Assembly: GCA_002269645.1 (NCBI GenBank)
Contig: NIVC01000920.1
Span: 62,001 to 126,000, forward strand
DNA from: Macrostomum lignano
Taxonomy: Eukaryota
Direction: 5' to 3'
DNA: 64,000 nt
This document shows positions 22,448 through 33,872 of this stretch, piece by piece. The notes beneath the pieces were generated by a model. The model was not told the DNA's origin, ran no database searches, and saw only the letters and a list, made by a program, of their open reading frames with translations. A program made the position numbers and the translations under genes. The first letter of the stretch is position 1; every line of letters starts with the position of its first letter.

Positions 22448-24028
22448 ATGGCTCAACGTCGCAGCTCTTCAGGCGTCACAGCCTTCCTCGCGTTCTCCTG
22501 CTTCTCCGCCTTTCTCGGCGCTGTCTGCTTCGGCTGGAGCACCGGGGTGATCAACAATCCAAAGGCGAGCATCGTCCGCCTGATCAACGAGTCCACAGCG
22601 GCTCACTACGGTGTCCAGCTGACCGCGTACACAGCCGACGTTCTGTTCTCCGTGGTCGTGTCGATGTTCGCCGTCGGCGGCATGATTGGCGCTCTGGTCA
22701 GCGGCTACTGGGCCGAGCGGCTGGGCCGCAGGAACGGCATGCTCGTCAACTCTGGCGTTGGCGTGGTGGCCGCTCTGCTGATGTCGTTGGCGAAGCCGGC
22801 TGGAAGTTTCGAGATGCTGATCGTCGGCCGGCTGCTGATCGGCTTCTGCAGCGCTCTGTACACGGGGCTGGTGCCGATCTACCTGGCCGAGATCGCGCCC
22901 AGACAGCTGCGTGGCGGCATCGGCGTGCTGAACCAGCTCGGCGTGGTGACCGGCCTGCTGCTGTCGCAAGCGCTCAGCATCCAGCAGGCGCTGGGCGGGC
23001 CGCAGCTCTGGCCGATTTTGTTCGCCATTGCCGGCCTGCCGAGCATCTTGCAGCTCGCCTGCCTGCCGGCCTGCCTGGAGACGCCGCGGCACCTGCTGCT
23101 CACCAGACACGACGAAGCTGCAGCTCGCTCGGCTCTGTGCCAGCTGCGCGGCGTCGACAAAGGAGACAGCGAGGACAAGTCCATCGACGAGGAGTTGGCG
23201 GAGATTCGCTCCGAGTTGGATGGCCAAACCGGTCAGGAGCAGCGGCAGGGCTGCTCGCGCCTCGCTGCCCAGTGGCGGCCTCTAATCGTGGGGATTGTGC
23301 TGCACCTGTCCCAGCAGTGGTCAGGCATCAACGTCATCTTCTACTACTCAGCTGATCTGTTCCAGGGCGTCGGAGCATCAGAGTCGGCGGCACAGCTGGC
23401 CACGATCGCGGTCGGTGCCATCATGGTGGTGATGACGCTCGTGTCCGTGCCGCTCATGGACCGGGCTGGCCGGCGGACTCTTCACCTGGCGGGCCTGGCG
23501 GGCATCACGGTGGCATCCGCTCTCTTCACTGTGCTGTTCAGCGTCGGCCAGCAGCAGAAAGTCGACGGCGCGGTGCCAGCCGGCCTCGCTGGGGGGAGCA
23601 TCGCCTCCGCGCTGCTCGTCGTGGTGTTCTTCGCCATCGGTCCCGGCTCGATCCCCTGGATGATGATGTCCGAGATGTTCCCGCAGGACTCTCGCTCGGC
23701 GGCCAACGCTGTCGGCGTGCTGGTGAACTGGCTGGCGAACTTCGCGGTGGGCATGTTGTTCCCCGTGCTATTGGATGGCCTCGGCTCGCTGGTGTTCGTG
23801 CCGTTCACCGTCTTGACGGCCGCTTTCCTTGCCCTCCTGTTCCTGCGCATGCCGGAGACCAAAGGTCGCACCATCGATCAGATCGTTGCGTCGTTCAGTC
23901 GCCATGGAGACCGGGGTAGAGGCTCAGTGAGTCCCGAAAATGCGGAGCCAGCAAGCGAGGCGACCGTGATTCTCGGCACCACAGGCCTGAACAGTGGAAG
24001 ACCTGGTAGCTGCGGCAGCTACACCTAA
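22448..24028 (+). CDS. Facilitative glucose transporter (SLC2A/GLUT class I-like, MFS sugar porter), intronless, 526 aa
   Basis: About 12 TM segments; GRR, ETPRHLL, SQQWSGINVIFYYS, DRAGRR, GPGSIPW, PETKGRT motifs. Confidence 0.96.
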   Translation: MAQRRSSSGVTAFLAFSCFSAFLGAVCFGWSTGVINNPKASIVRLINESTAAHYGVQLTAYTADVLFSVVVSMFAVGGMIGALVSGYWAERLGRRNGMLVNSGVGVVAALLMSLAKPAGSFEMLIVGRLLIGFCSALYTGLVPIYLAEIAPRQLRGGIGVLNQLGVVTGLLLSQALSIQQALGGPQLWPILFAIAGLPSILQLACLPACLETPRHLLLTRHDEAAARSALCQLRGVDKGDSEDKSIDEELAEIRSELDGQTGQEQRQGCSRLAAQWRPLIVGIVLHLSQQWSGINVIFYYSADLFQGVGASESAAQLATIAVGAIMVVMTLVSVPLMDRAGRRTLHLAGLAGITVASALFTVLFSVGQQQKVDGAVPAGLAGGSIASALLVVVFFAIGPGSIPWMMMSEMFPQDSRSAANAVGVLVNWLANFAVGMLFPVLLDGLGSLVFVPFTVLTAAFLALLFLRMPETKGRTIDQIVASFSRHGDRGRGSVSPENAEPASEATVILGTTGLNSGRPGSCGSYT

Positions 24029-24031
24029 AAA

Positions 24032-24741
24032 CAAGGACAACTAAAGCAACGCAGCGTATATACAAGACGCGACACTCACGTTTCATGGAAAAAGTTTTGA
24101 AGGCCACTTTTCGCTGAAAAAGACACTACGGAGATAATTTTTTCAGCACAAAAGTTGTCATTCCTTTCGATAGGAGACGGGCCCAATGTTCATCTTTGAT
24201 ATGTTGTGCCTTTCTTACAGCTCTGTTGATATTTATGAAGCTTTTCGTTCAGAAAATGAGGATTCTATGTTAATTTTTCATTCTACGCACACTCCCTGTA
24301 CCTAAAAATCATAAAAATGCATGGCACAGCTCGGCTAATTGGTTTTATGAGTCTCTTTTACCATCTCTGTTACACATACTGTTGCACAGTCAGCTAAGAA
24401 TGACAAAATGAATTCATAAAACCAAGCCAAGCCAAGCCGCGCCTTTTTAACCGTTTTGAGGCACAGGACATGTGCAGTTGTACGTAGAATACATGATTAA
24501 CATAGAATTCTAATTTTCTGAACGAAAAGCTTCGTGAATATCGATAGAGCTAAAAGAAAAGCAAAACATACCAAGAGATGAGCATTGGGCCCGCCTCCTA
24601 TCGAAGGCAATAGCAATTTTTGTGTTGAAAAAATGAAGAATTTCAGTCTCCGTTGTGAATCTTTCGGCTAAAAGTGGCTTTCAAAAATATTTCCCATGGA
24701 TTTCGAGTGTTGGTTGCGCCCGTCTACATTAGTAATCCTTG
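24032..24741. mobile_element. Fold-back MITE, copy 1
   Basis: Ends CAAGGACAACT / AGTAATCCTTG; ~250-bp inverted arms; inner palindrome TTGGTTTTATGA..TCATAAAACCAA; flanks CCTAAAAA/CCTAAAAC (7/8, TSD-like). Confidence 0.8.
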
Positions 24742-25619
24742 CCTAAAACAAATTCCCTGACTACTGCTGTCTCAGTAGACACTATAGTTTGCAATTTTGT
24801 CAATAACAACGTTATGAGCACACATTGATCGCGTAGTCGTATCACTTTAACTCAATCTTTAAGAAATTAATTTGAAGGTCAAAAATTGCTTGAAAACGTA
24901 CAAGAGAGACAGCAATTATCCTGCTTTCTTGCCCTATTTCGATAAGTATATAAAAGCTTTCTACTCTTTTTTCCGAGCATGCAATCGGCGCATGCAGAAG
25001 CAGGCTAGTTTCCAGGAGCAGCAATTGAGTACGAGCAAAAAAAGAAATTGGCTTTGTTAAATAGGAAATATGATTTGCCGATAAAAAATTTATTGCTAAT
25101 TGTTAAACGTAAAAATCCTATCAAAAAATAAATTCATAATACTCAAACGCAAAAATGTTAAAGGATACATTGAATATACATGTCTTATTAAGTAGAAATG
25201 AAGATAATGAAGAGAAATCGGTAATCGCTAATCCCAACGTACTTTTAGGGGTAAAACGCATAGCTGTCAAAGCTGTCACACGCTTGAGTAAACACGAACA
25301 ATAAGCCCTAACCTCAAATCTTGATGGCCTGTCAAAATGATGAGAAAAAAAGCTACCGCCCGCATCCTCTCAGACCATCTGGCGCCAGTCTCAGCACTGA
25401 GTGAGGCGGGGGTGGCTGTCAGACCAGCTCGAAGGCGATGATTTATGACCCAAAAGCCGCACCCATGTTATTATAACTACAAGTATGGCAAAATCATATA
25501 ACTACAAAAGTTCTACTAGTATGGATTCTAGGCAATTTACATAAAGAGGAGAAAAATGCCCATAGCCTGCTAGGCTAGTAAGTTTGGAGCCCATGTGCGA
25601 GCGTGAAGTTTGGAAAAAA

Positions 25620-26400
25620 GTGCGTCCTCATCATATTTATAAAGCATTTCATTCAGAACTTTAGGATTAAATGTTAATTTTTTATTCTAGGTACATTCCC
25701 TGTGAGCAAAAATCGCATCGCACAGCTTGAATCTTTGGTTTTATGAATCCATTTTATCATCTCTGTTACACATATTGTTACACAGTCAGCCAAAAAATGA
25801 CGAAATAGATTCATAAAACCAATGATCGAGCCGAGCCGTGTCATTTTAATGGTTTTTAGGCACAGGATATTTGCAATTGTATGTACATGTAGAATAAAAA
25901 GTAACATAGAATCCCAATTTTCTGAACAAAAAGCTTTATGAATATCAATAGAGCTGTAATAAAGGCACAACATATTAAACGATGAACGCTGGGTCCGCCT
26001 CCTATCGAAAACAGTAACAATTTTGTGCTGAAAAAATGCTAACCTTCTATCTCCGTTGTGTATTTTTCAATGAAAAATGGCTTTCAAAACATTTTCCATG
26101 GATTTCGAGTGTGGCGTCCTTCTACTTTAGTAGTCCTTGCCTAAAACAAATTCCCTGACTACTGCTGTCTCAGTAGACACTATAGTTTGCAATTCTGTCA
26201 ATAACAAAGTTATGTGCACACATTGATCGCGTAGTCGTATCGCTTTAACTCAATCTTTAAGAAATTAATTTGAAGGTCAAAAATTGCTTGAAAGCGTACA
26301 AGAGAGACAGCAATTATCCTGCTTTCTTGCCCTATTTCGATAAGTGTATAAAAGCTTTCTACTCTTATTTTCGAGCATGCAATCGGCGGTGCAGAAGCAG
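25620..26400. mobile_element. Partial MITE copy 2 plus duplicated 3' flank
   Basis: Centre and right arm of the MITE followed by the same CCTAAAACAAATTCCCTG... flank as 24742-25010. Confidence 0.8.
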
Positions 26401-26848
26401 GCAGTAACAATAGGAATTGAGTTTGCCGCAGAAAAAAGGTTGGATCGGATGCGTGCACTTTGCTTTGTTAAATAGTCTTGTCGGGAATAAGAAAAATTAT
26501 AAAATATCAGACGCAAAAAAAATCCTTAAAATACTTTGAATACTACTGCCAGGCTTCAAAGTGAGTAGCTGGATAGCATTTATTGCGCATATGTTTACGA
26601 GCTCTATGAAGATAAAATAGTACAAAATTGACGATAAAAATATTGAAAAAATCTACCGAACTTGCAAATCGAAAACAAAACTCAAGTAGCAATCAAGGAC
26701 AGAGAAATCACAAAGTCGCTGATTTTTAATGTTAGCCTAATTCTGATTCTAATTTTGTACAGTCCGCGGCTGTTTCAGAAGCCTGTGCACGATAACTTTT
26801 GCCAGGGCGAAGGCGTTGCGCCAGGGTAGTTCTAATTACACAGTTGCT

Positions 26849-27396
26849 CAAAGGACTACTCGTCCGTCCAGTAAAAGCTGGACGGGAAATTACGTTTCTT
26901 GGAAAATTTTAGACAGCAGATTTTACCGAAAAAATAAATCTTTTGATGCGAGCGTATCTTGCCTTTCTTATAGCTCTATTCATATTCATAAAGCTTTTCG
27001 TTCAGAAAATTAGGATTCTACGAGGCTGTCTCAAATTAGTGTTACTTTTCATTATATCTCTCGTTCTAATGATTCAAAAAATATCATTTTGCACAATTTT
27101 ATACGGCAACTTTCTTCTTTATATTAATTTAGCATTTTTTAAACCAGACAATTGAAACAAAAGTTATAAACTAAAATGTAGCAGGAGCTCCAACCCTCGA
27201 ATCTCGAGCTATAAGAAGGGCAAGACATATCAAAAGATGAACATTGTGTCTGCCTTCTATCAAAAGCAATAAAAATGTTTGTGCTAAAAAACTTAAAACC
27301 TTGCAGCTATCTCCGTAATGTATTTTTTCGCGTAAAATCAGCCTCCGAAAAGTTTCCAAGAATCGCAGTTTTTTCGTCCTACTTGAGTAGCCCTTG
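26849..27396. mobile_element. Related fold-back MITE, copy 3
   Basis: Ends CAAAGGACTACT / CTACTTGAGTAGCCCTTG; arms homologous to copy 1 and to 56331-59644. Confidence 0.7.
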
Positions 27397-27617
27397 GGTT
27401 GTTCCTGTCCAGTCTCGATTGCTTGTTTCCAGAAATAATCACATTTTTCTAAACTTGAATCGGTAGCAAACTTGTAGATCAACACCGACTATTTACACAA
27501 TGAGAAATTGTAAATTTAACTTCGAAATGTCCAAAAAACTACCTTCTCTCTTATTCTTACAGCCAGGCCGTTGAACGGCCATTCGTCACAAATAAGTTTA
27601 ACACTCAGCCGACCAAG

Positions 27618-30600
27618 TCAGTCCGGTCGGCCGTCCGTAGGTAAAGCGCCCGCTTCCACTGTCCTTCGTTTGGCTGACTCTGCCGCCTCGGCCAGCCGGA
27701 AGTGGTTGCCGGGCGTGACACTCTCCGGCAGGTTCCTGTCAGCCAGCCGCCTGTAGCTGTCAGCCGTGTCAGCACTCAGCCGGTCGTCCAGGAACACCAG
27801 GATTCGCCGCGTCACTCGCGTCACCTGCTGCAGCTCGATCAGATTGTCTAGCAGGCGTCGGTTATCATGGTTGTCTTCCTGGAACGCAGCGCCATGGAGG
27901 GCGTCAGCAGGATGACGAACTGACGCGTGCACTTGAGAAACGAGGCTTGGCGGCTTCGGAAGCGCCGGCCAGTACGCGCTCGAAAGTGTCGGGAAAAGCG
28001 TTGACAGCGACTGCTGGCAGGAGGCCAATAGCAGGCGGCGGCTGGAGCACTCAGCGATGATGGCGCGCAAAAGGGCGTCAGCGCTGGCTTCCTCTGGTGC
28101 TGCCGGTAGCGCCAGCAGCAGCACGTCGCAGCCGTATCCGCCCGAGTGAGGCGGCCATTCTGGAAGCGGCTGCTGCCCGGGCTGCGTCAGCTGGCCTTCG
28201 ATGGGAGAAAGATTGTTTTCAGTAAATTTAAATATGGGTGAAAGGCTTGGGCAGGGCAATGGTGAGGATATTTCATCGCGAGGAAGCGCCAGCACCAGGG
28301 GCGCCAGCACCAGGGGCGCCAGCACCAGGGGCGCCAGCACCAGGGCGCCAGCACCAGGGGCGCCAGCACCAGGGGCGCCAGCACCAGGGGCGCCAGCACC
28401 AGGGGCGCCAGCACCAGGGGCGCCAGCACCAGGGGCGCCAGCCAGGGGCGCCAGCACCAGGGGCGCCAGCACCAGGGCGCCAGCACGAGGGGCGCCAGCA
28501 CCAGGGGCGCCAGCACCAGGGGCGCCAGCACCAGGGGCGCCAGCACGAGGGGCGCCAGCACCAGGGGCGCCAGCCAGGGGCGCCAGCACCAGGGGCGCCA
28601 GCACCAGGGCGCCAGCACCAGGGGCGCCAGTGCTGTCGTATAGGTTTTTTAAGCTCTTTGCTTCCTTGTTGTCAGGAATTTTTTAGTACATTTTAAGTGT
28701 CTTGGAAGGTTGATTGATTGGCCGTCAGCTTAAAAACGAGTCCATAGAACTAGCATATTGAATTCTAGTAGCCATTTATAAATACGTCTATTTTAATTTT
28801 ATCCACCGTCTGCCTCACTGGCCAGGTCCATTGCGCAGACGTCACCCAATAGGGAGGCTCCCTCCCGCTTCCGGTAGCGGTCGCGGCAGCCATCTCGTCC
28901 GTCTCCTCGTCGTTGGTCGCCTCGCCGCCCGGAGACAGGAACGCCTTCAGTGCCGGACCGGCCGCGACAGCGCGATTGAATTTGGCCCGACAGACCAGCG
29001 AAGCCACTTTATACTCCAGTCGATGCTGCCGTGCTTCACGGACCGGCTGGCTGAACAGAGCGGCGAGCGCGCCGGAGACCTGGCGACCGTAGGAGTGTCG
29101 CAGTTGCTCGTGCTCGCTGGACACGCCGCGGGAGAGCTTCAGTAGCACGATGTAGTCGGCAGGGTTTGCGACGCTGGCTGAAATTTCGCTGACCGCTGCA
29201 GCAGGTCGTGGAAGCCGGAGTGAAGGAACCGCTTGGACAACAGGACTACAACGTGCGACTGAACGGACGCCGTCCGAAACGGACTCGAAAGCGAGTCTGC
29301 TGCATGAACCCGCTGCCCCTGTGCACGGCGTAGTCCATCGAGTGCGAGCTGCTCAGTCGGTAGAATCGGAACGCCGAGTCCAGATCGCGGAGCACCCCGA
29401 CCAGTGTGGACTCATCCTGACGAATGTTCGGAGAGTACGAGTACGTATGAGTACGTACGGAGTACGTATGAATGCCCATATTGATACGAAATCTGTCAGG
29501 AACACCTTACCTGTTGATCGGCCAGAAAGAAGACGTCAAACTCGAATTCGTCGCCTTACCGCAGCGAGCAAGAGCTCCGGCTTCGCTGGAGTCATTAGCC
29601 GTTTTCTTTGCATGTACTTTAGGATGAAGAACATTTCAACCGCTCCGTACACTTTGTGCCGCTTGGTAATCAGCGCTAGAAGCAGAAGAAGCTGCCAAGG
29701 ATTGAGGCTACGGTAATCAGCATCCACTTGACCGTGGCTTGAGCATCGCTTCCTGATAGGTTTCCATGGCGGCGCAGAGCTTACGAAGTTTTCCTCCATC
29801 ATCGACTGAGTAGGGCGCGCTCAAGTTTAACGGAAGTCCCTTGTTGCTCCAACCGGAATTCAAGAACTCTCTGTACGCCTTATTGAACTCTGAGTCATTG
29901 AAGCTGCAACTGATGAGACTGAAGTCGCTAACAAACTGGCCCGGCTACAGATATGTTGATGAGCTGCTGCTGGAAGGTGAGCCACTCAGAGCGGCACGAG
30001 CACACCCACGCATTGCCGCGCAAAGTCAAGTTTGAAAGTCGCTAAACGATTTGAAGATGTTCATATCGAATGGTCGGATGAGATTGCTGCTCAAATCGAG
30101 AGTCGAAAGCGTCTTCTCCAGGCCGGAGAATGTAAACTGACTAATTATTCGCAGTCGTTTCCCCTTAGTTCCAGCACCTCGATGTTGTACTGGTTCCCGT
30201 ATCTAGTCAAGTTGAAGGCGTGATCTTCGATCTCCAAGATGTGGCTATAGCACATGCTGAGGTAGCGCAGCTTCGTCGAAGGTGACTCCTTGCCTTCGCC
30301 ATCGGAGCATGCCGACTGAGAACTTGCCAGCAATGCCAATCATTGAGATCCTGTTTAGCGACAGCTTCTTCACCGGTATTCGGATAGGAAAGTTGAACGG
30401 ATCGGCGTGCATGTTGTCGCAGTTGATGTCAGCGTAGGACCAGTCGCGAGAGTGCCAGCACAGGCAGGAGCTGATGCACCTGGTACGGCATCCCGTGCTT
30501 GAGTTCTTAAAACAGTACCTTCTAGGCACTTCACCTCAATGTAGCCATAGTAGGGACAAATAAAGTTACTTGGCGTGGATGCTCTCAAACTTTTATTTGT

Positions 30601-32400
30601 TTTTGGGTGACATTTTCGTGCATGAAAAATTCACAGTGGTAGTCCCTGGTCTCATTGTATGAGAACTGCGATATTTGTACACTTCTGAGCACGCTTTCGT
30701 ATGCTTCTGAAGCTCGATTTCTGAAACAGCATAAACGTGGTTACAGGTGCACAGCTGGGTTACTTTCTGTCCAGATATGTACAGCATAACCTGGAGGCTT
30801 GGTTAGTCCTATTGCTCATCATGAAGTAGTCGGCATTCAAACTTTGATGCTGTTGCTTCTCAAGTCCAGGCTGCGCAGGCTGGTGAGGTTGACGAAACAG
30901 CCGCAGTCAATATCGCTAATCAGGTTGTTTTTCAGCCCAATAAAAGTAAGAAAAAGGTGACTGAGGAATGCTCCGGAGAGAAATCACTTTGAGATCATTG
31001 TTCCGAACCCAAAGTTTCTCCAAGCGGGCCAGCGACGCAAGCTCAAAGCTCTGCAACCAGTTATAATCGAGGTTGAGCTCCACGAGACTCGAAGGAAGTA
31101 GCGAATTATTGAATGCCATCGCATTTAGAGACTTGATCCTGTTGTGCGACAGATCCAGGTATTGAAGATTTACCTAGAATAGGAATTGTAAATGCAGCAC
31201 ATGGCTATATCGTAAGTAGAGCACTAAAAGCAACTTCTGGTTGCCAGTTGGGATTTTCTGACACGGTATTACGCGTACACGGATACATGTATGTGCAAAG
31301 AGCCCCGTGACCACCACTCTATGCCGCTGGAGGAGTCCTCCTACTCTTAGGTGATAAAACACACAAGCCCCAGGCCAGAATTCCCTGCTTGATTTCAAGG
31401 TCAGAAGGCGTGACATTATGCAAAAACTTACTTCAAACCACGGCGAAACGACCCCGATAAACGGGATTTCGATTGTAGGACAGGTCCAGCTTTCCTCAGG
31501 CTGTCCTTGGGCCCGCGAAACCAGTAGCACCGGGCCAAATTCGTAAGAAGGCGGCCAGACATGTCGTAGTCGTACAGGCTTGAAATCTCATTGTGGCTCA
31601 AATCTAATTCGCGAAGATTGCCAAGTAGGGAGACTAAATTGGGTATTTTAGTGAGGCCGGGTTGTAGGAAAGTTCAGAGTGGCTAGCTGGCTGGGTATCA
31701 GCTCCCACTTCTCGGACTCTGCAGATTCGTCACGAATGCGCCGCTTGGCAAAGCTGAACGTGAAGCCGCTCCGGTGGTGCTTTCGTCGCTAGCCTTGAAA
31801 TAGCATCTTCTGCCAGGTGAACCGGCCGTACTGCTTCTTCAGGCGCACCGAGCCAGTCCGTTTCGTTGCGTAGGGGCACCGTGCCGGCAATAGCGCATCC
31901 AGGTGACAAGAGCCCTATGGTAGCCGGCCGCCTCGGTCAGGTGGTGGCCACAGTGTGCTGTAGGGATCAACCATGCGCCGGCAATCACTGGGGGTTCTGG
32001 CGTAGACGACACTTCCGACGGTAGGGCGAGTCGCCGTTCGTGTAGGCCGGCGGCGGCGAGAACCGGCCGGGCTGAGGGCGAACCTGGCGACCGCTGGCTC
32101 AGGCCTCGTCCGTGTACTGGCCGCAGTCGCGGCTTTATCGGCGCCCAGAACATCCCAGCGTCTCTCGTGCGTGCTGACGTTTTCATCGCTGGCCGAAGCT
32201 GAGAAGTCGTGACTACAGCCGATGCAGCTCGCTGGTACGGCGGAGACGTGCACGTGCCGGAATGTCATCTCGCTGCAGGTCGATCCCTGAAGGGTGAAGT
32301 TGCACGCAGTATGACGCTGACTACTTGAATGCACTGCAGTCGAAACCAACTGTGCGCGGGCTGACGCACTCAACAGCGGCAGCACATTACTGCCGCCTTG
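27618..32400 (-). pseudogene. Multi-cysteine-cluster Toll-like receptor (LRR-LRRCT/LRRNT-LRR-LRRCT-TM-TIR-TIR), many frameshifts; pseudogene or assembly-damaged gene
   Basis: LRRs NLRELDLSHNEI, NLQYLDLSHNRI, SLVELNLDYNWL, SLRSLDLRSNSI, NIEVLELRGN, TLSTLDLSSNLI; internal cluster CISSCLCWHSRDWSYADINC; LCGNAWVCSC; TM WMLITVASILG..LLLLALI; TIR EFDVFF..LSKRFLHS..WTWP; second TIR-like GCDVLL..TRRILVFL; introns 29510-29417 and from ~28820 across the 15-bp array. Confidence 0.75.
28285..28630. repeat. 15-bp GC-rich minisatellite (CAGGGGCGCCAGCAC)
   Basis: 15-bp period; in the last TLR intron. Confidence 0.95.
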
Positions 32401-33344
32401 CGGCAAATCAAGCCCTCTGGTATCGTTCAGCGCACAAGCTAGACGTTCAGCTGGTCAAAGGAGCTGCTATCAGCGAAAACAAAGTCAGTGTTTCATCACA
32501 GGCCGGTTACAGATTTTAGCAGAAAGTCTCAAAGTTTTAAGCGGCAGAAAGTTTTATGCAGGAGTTGATACGAGCTATTGCACTGTTATATAGCATCGTG
32601 TAATTCTGCCGCAGACAACATGCAAATTGCAGTTTTTATCAGAATTTTTGCATGTTATTAACAAGCATATTATACTTGCGATGCTGGCAATTATGATTGT
32701 ATTTATGAAATTTGTTAGTGCTTTCTATTTTAAATATTCGCTCTGAGAACTAGAATTTTTTATCAGTTCGAAATTTCAACAGAGATTCCATGATGAGATT
32801 TGACCGACTTTTCACTGAGATTTGAACGATTTCTAATGAGATTTGACGATTACCGATAGAAAAAATTGAAAAGCAGCAAACGAGTATACTGAAAACTTCA
32901 GAGCGCAGCGTGCGAGTGTCGAAATGGCGTGTATCAATAAATGGATTCGTTTTTCACTAATAAACTATTTATTACCAAAACAAGCAAAGCTAAAACAGAA
33001 AATGTTTAACAGCAATTGAAATATAAATATTAAAATACTACTAATTTAAGTAGTAACAGCTACTAACAGTACAGAATAGCGAAGCTGCCTGATATTGATA
33101 AAAACTCACTAAAATCAACAGACTAATTAACAACCCAATCTTTTAACTTGGGCGCATTGGCTTGGCGGAATAAATGATAAACAATATAATGAATTAAGCT
33201 TTGGGGTTCAGTCAGCGTTAGCATTTACTCGTAAATTCCAACAATAAGCATTGCATTTCTTTAATAGTGGCACAGAAATCATCCCGGCGGCTTTGGATAT
33301 CATGGGGCTTGGCCGCCTAAGCTAAATCAAGTAATATTGAACCC

Positions 33345-33810
33345 AGAGAAGAGGGGAGGGGAGAGGCGAGAGAGAAGAGAGGAGAGAGGAGACGAGAGAG
33401 GAGAGGAGAGACAGGAGAGGAGAGAGAGGAGAGGAGAGAGAGGAGAGGGGAGAAATGAGAGGAGAGAGAGGTGAGGAGAGAGAGGAGAGGGGAGAGAGGA
33501 GAAGAGAGAGGAGAGGAGAGGAGAGAGGAGAGGAGAGAGAGGAGAGAGGAGACGAGAGAGGAGAGGAGAGACAGGAGAGGAGAGAGAGGAGAGGAGAGAG
33601 AGGAGAGGAGAGAGAGGAGAGGGGAGAAATGAGAGGAGAGAGAGGTGAGGAGAGAGAGGAGAGGGGAGGAATGAGAGGAGAGAGAGGTGAGGAGAGAGAG
33701 GAGAGGGGAGAGAGGAGAAGAGAGAGGAGAGAAGAGAGAGGAGAGGGGAGAGAGGAGAGAGGAGAGAAGAGGGGAAAAAGGAGGGGAGGGGGCAGAGAGG
33801 AGAGAGAGAC
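33345..33810. repeat. GA-rich low-complexity tract (GAGAG)n
   Basis: Almost pure purine tract downstream of the ASTE1-like stop. Confidence 0.9.
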
Positions 33811-33872
33811 AGCAGGTGGGACTGGTCAGTGATCATCAGGCAGTTGGTCTCGCACACTCAGACTCCGCAGCC

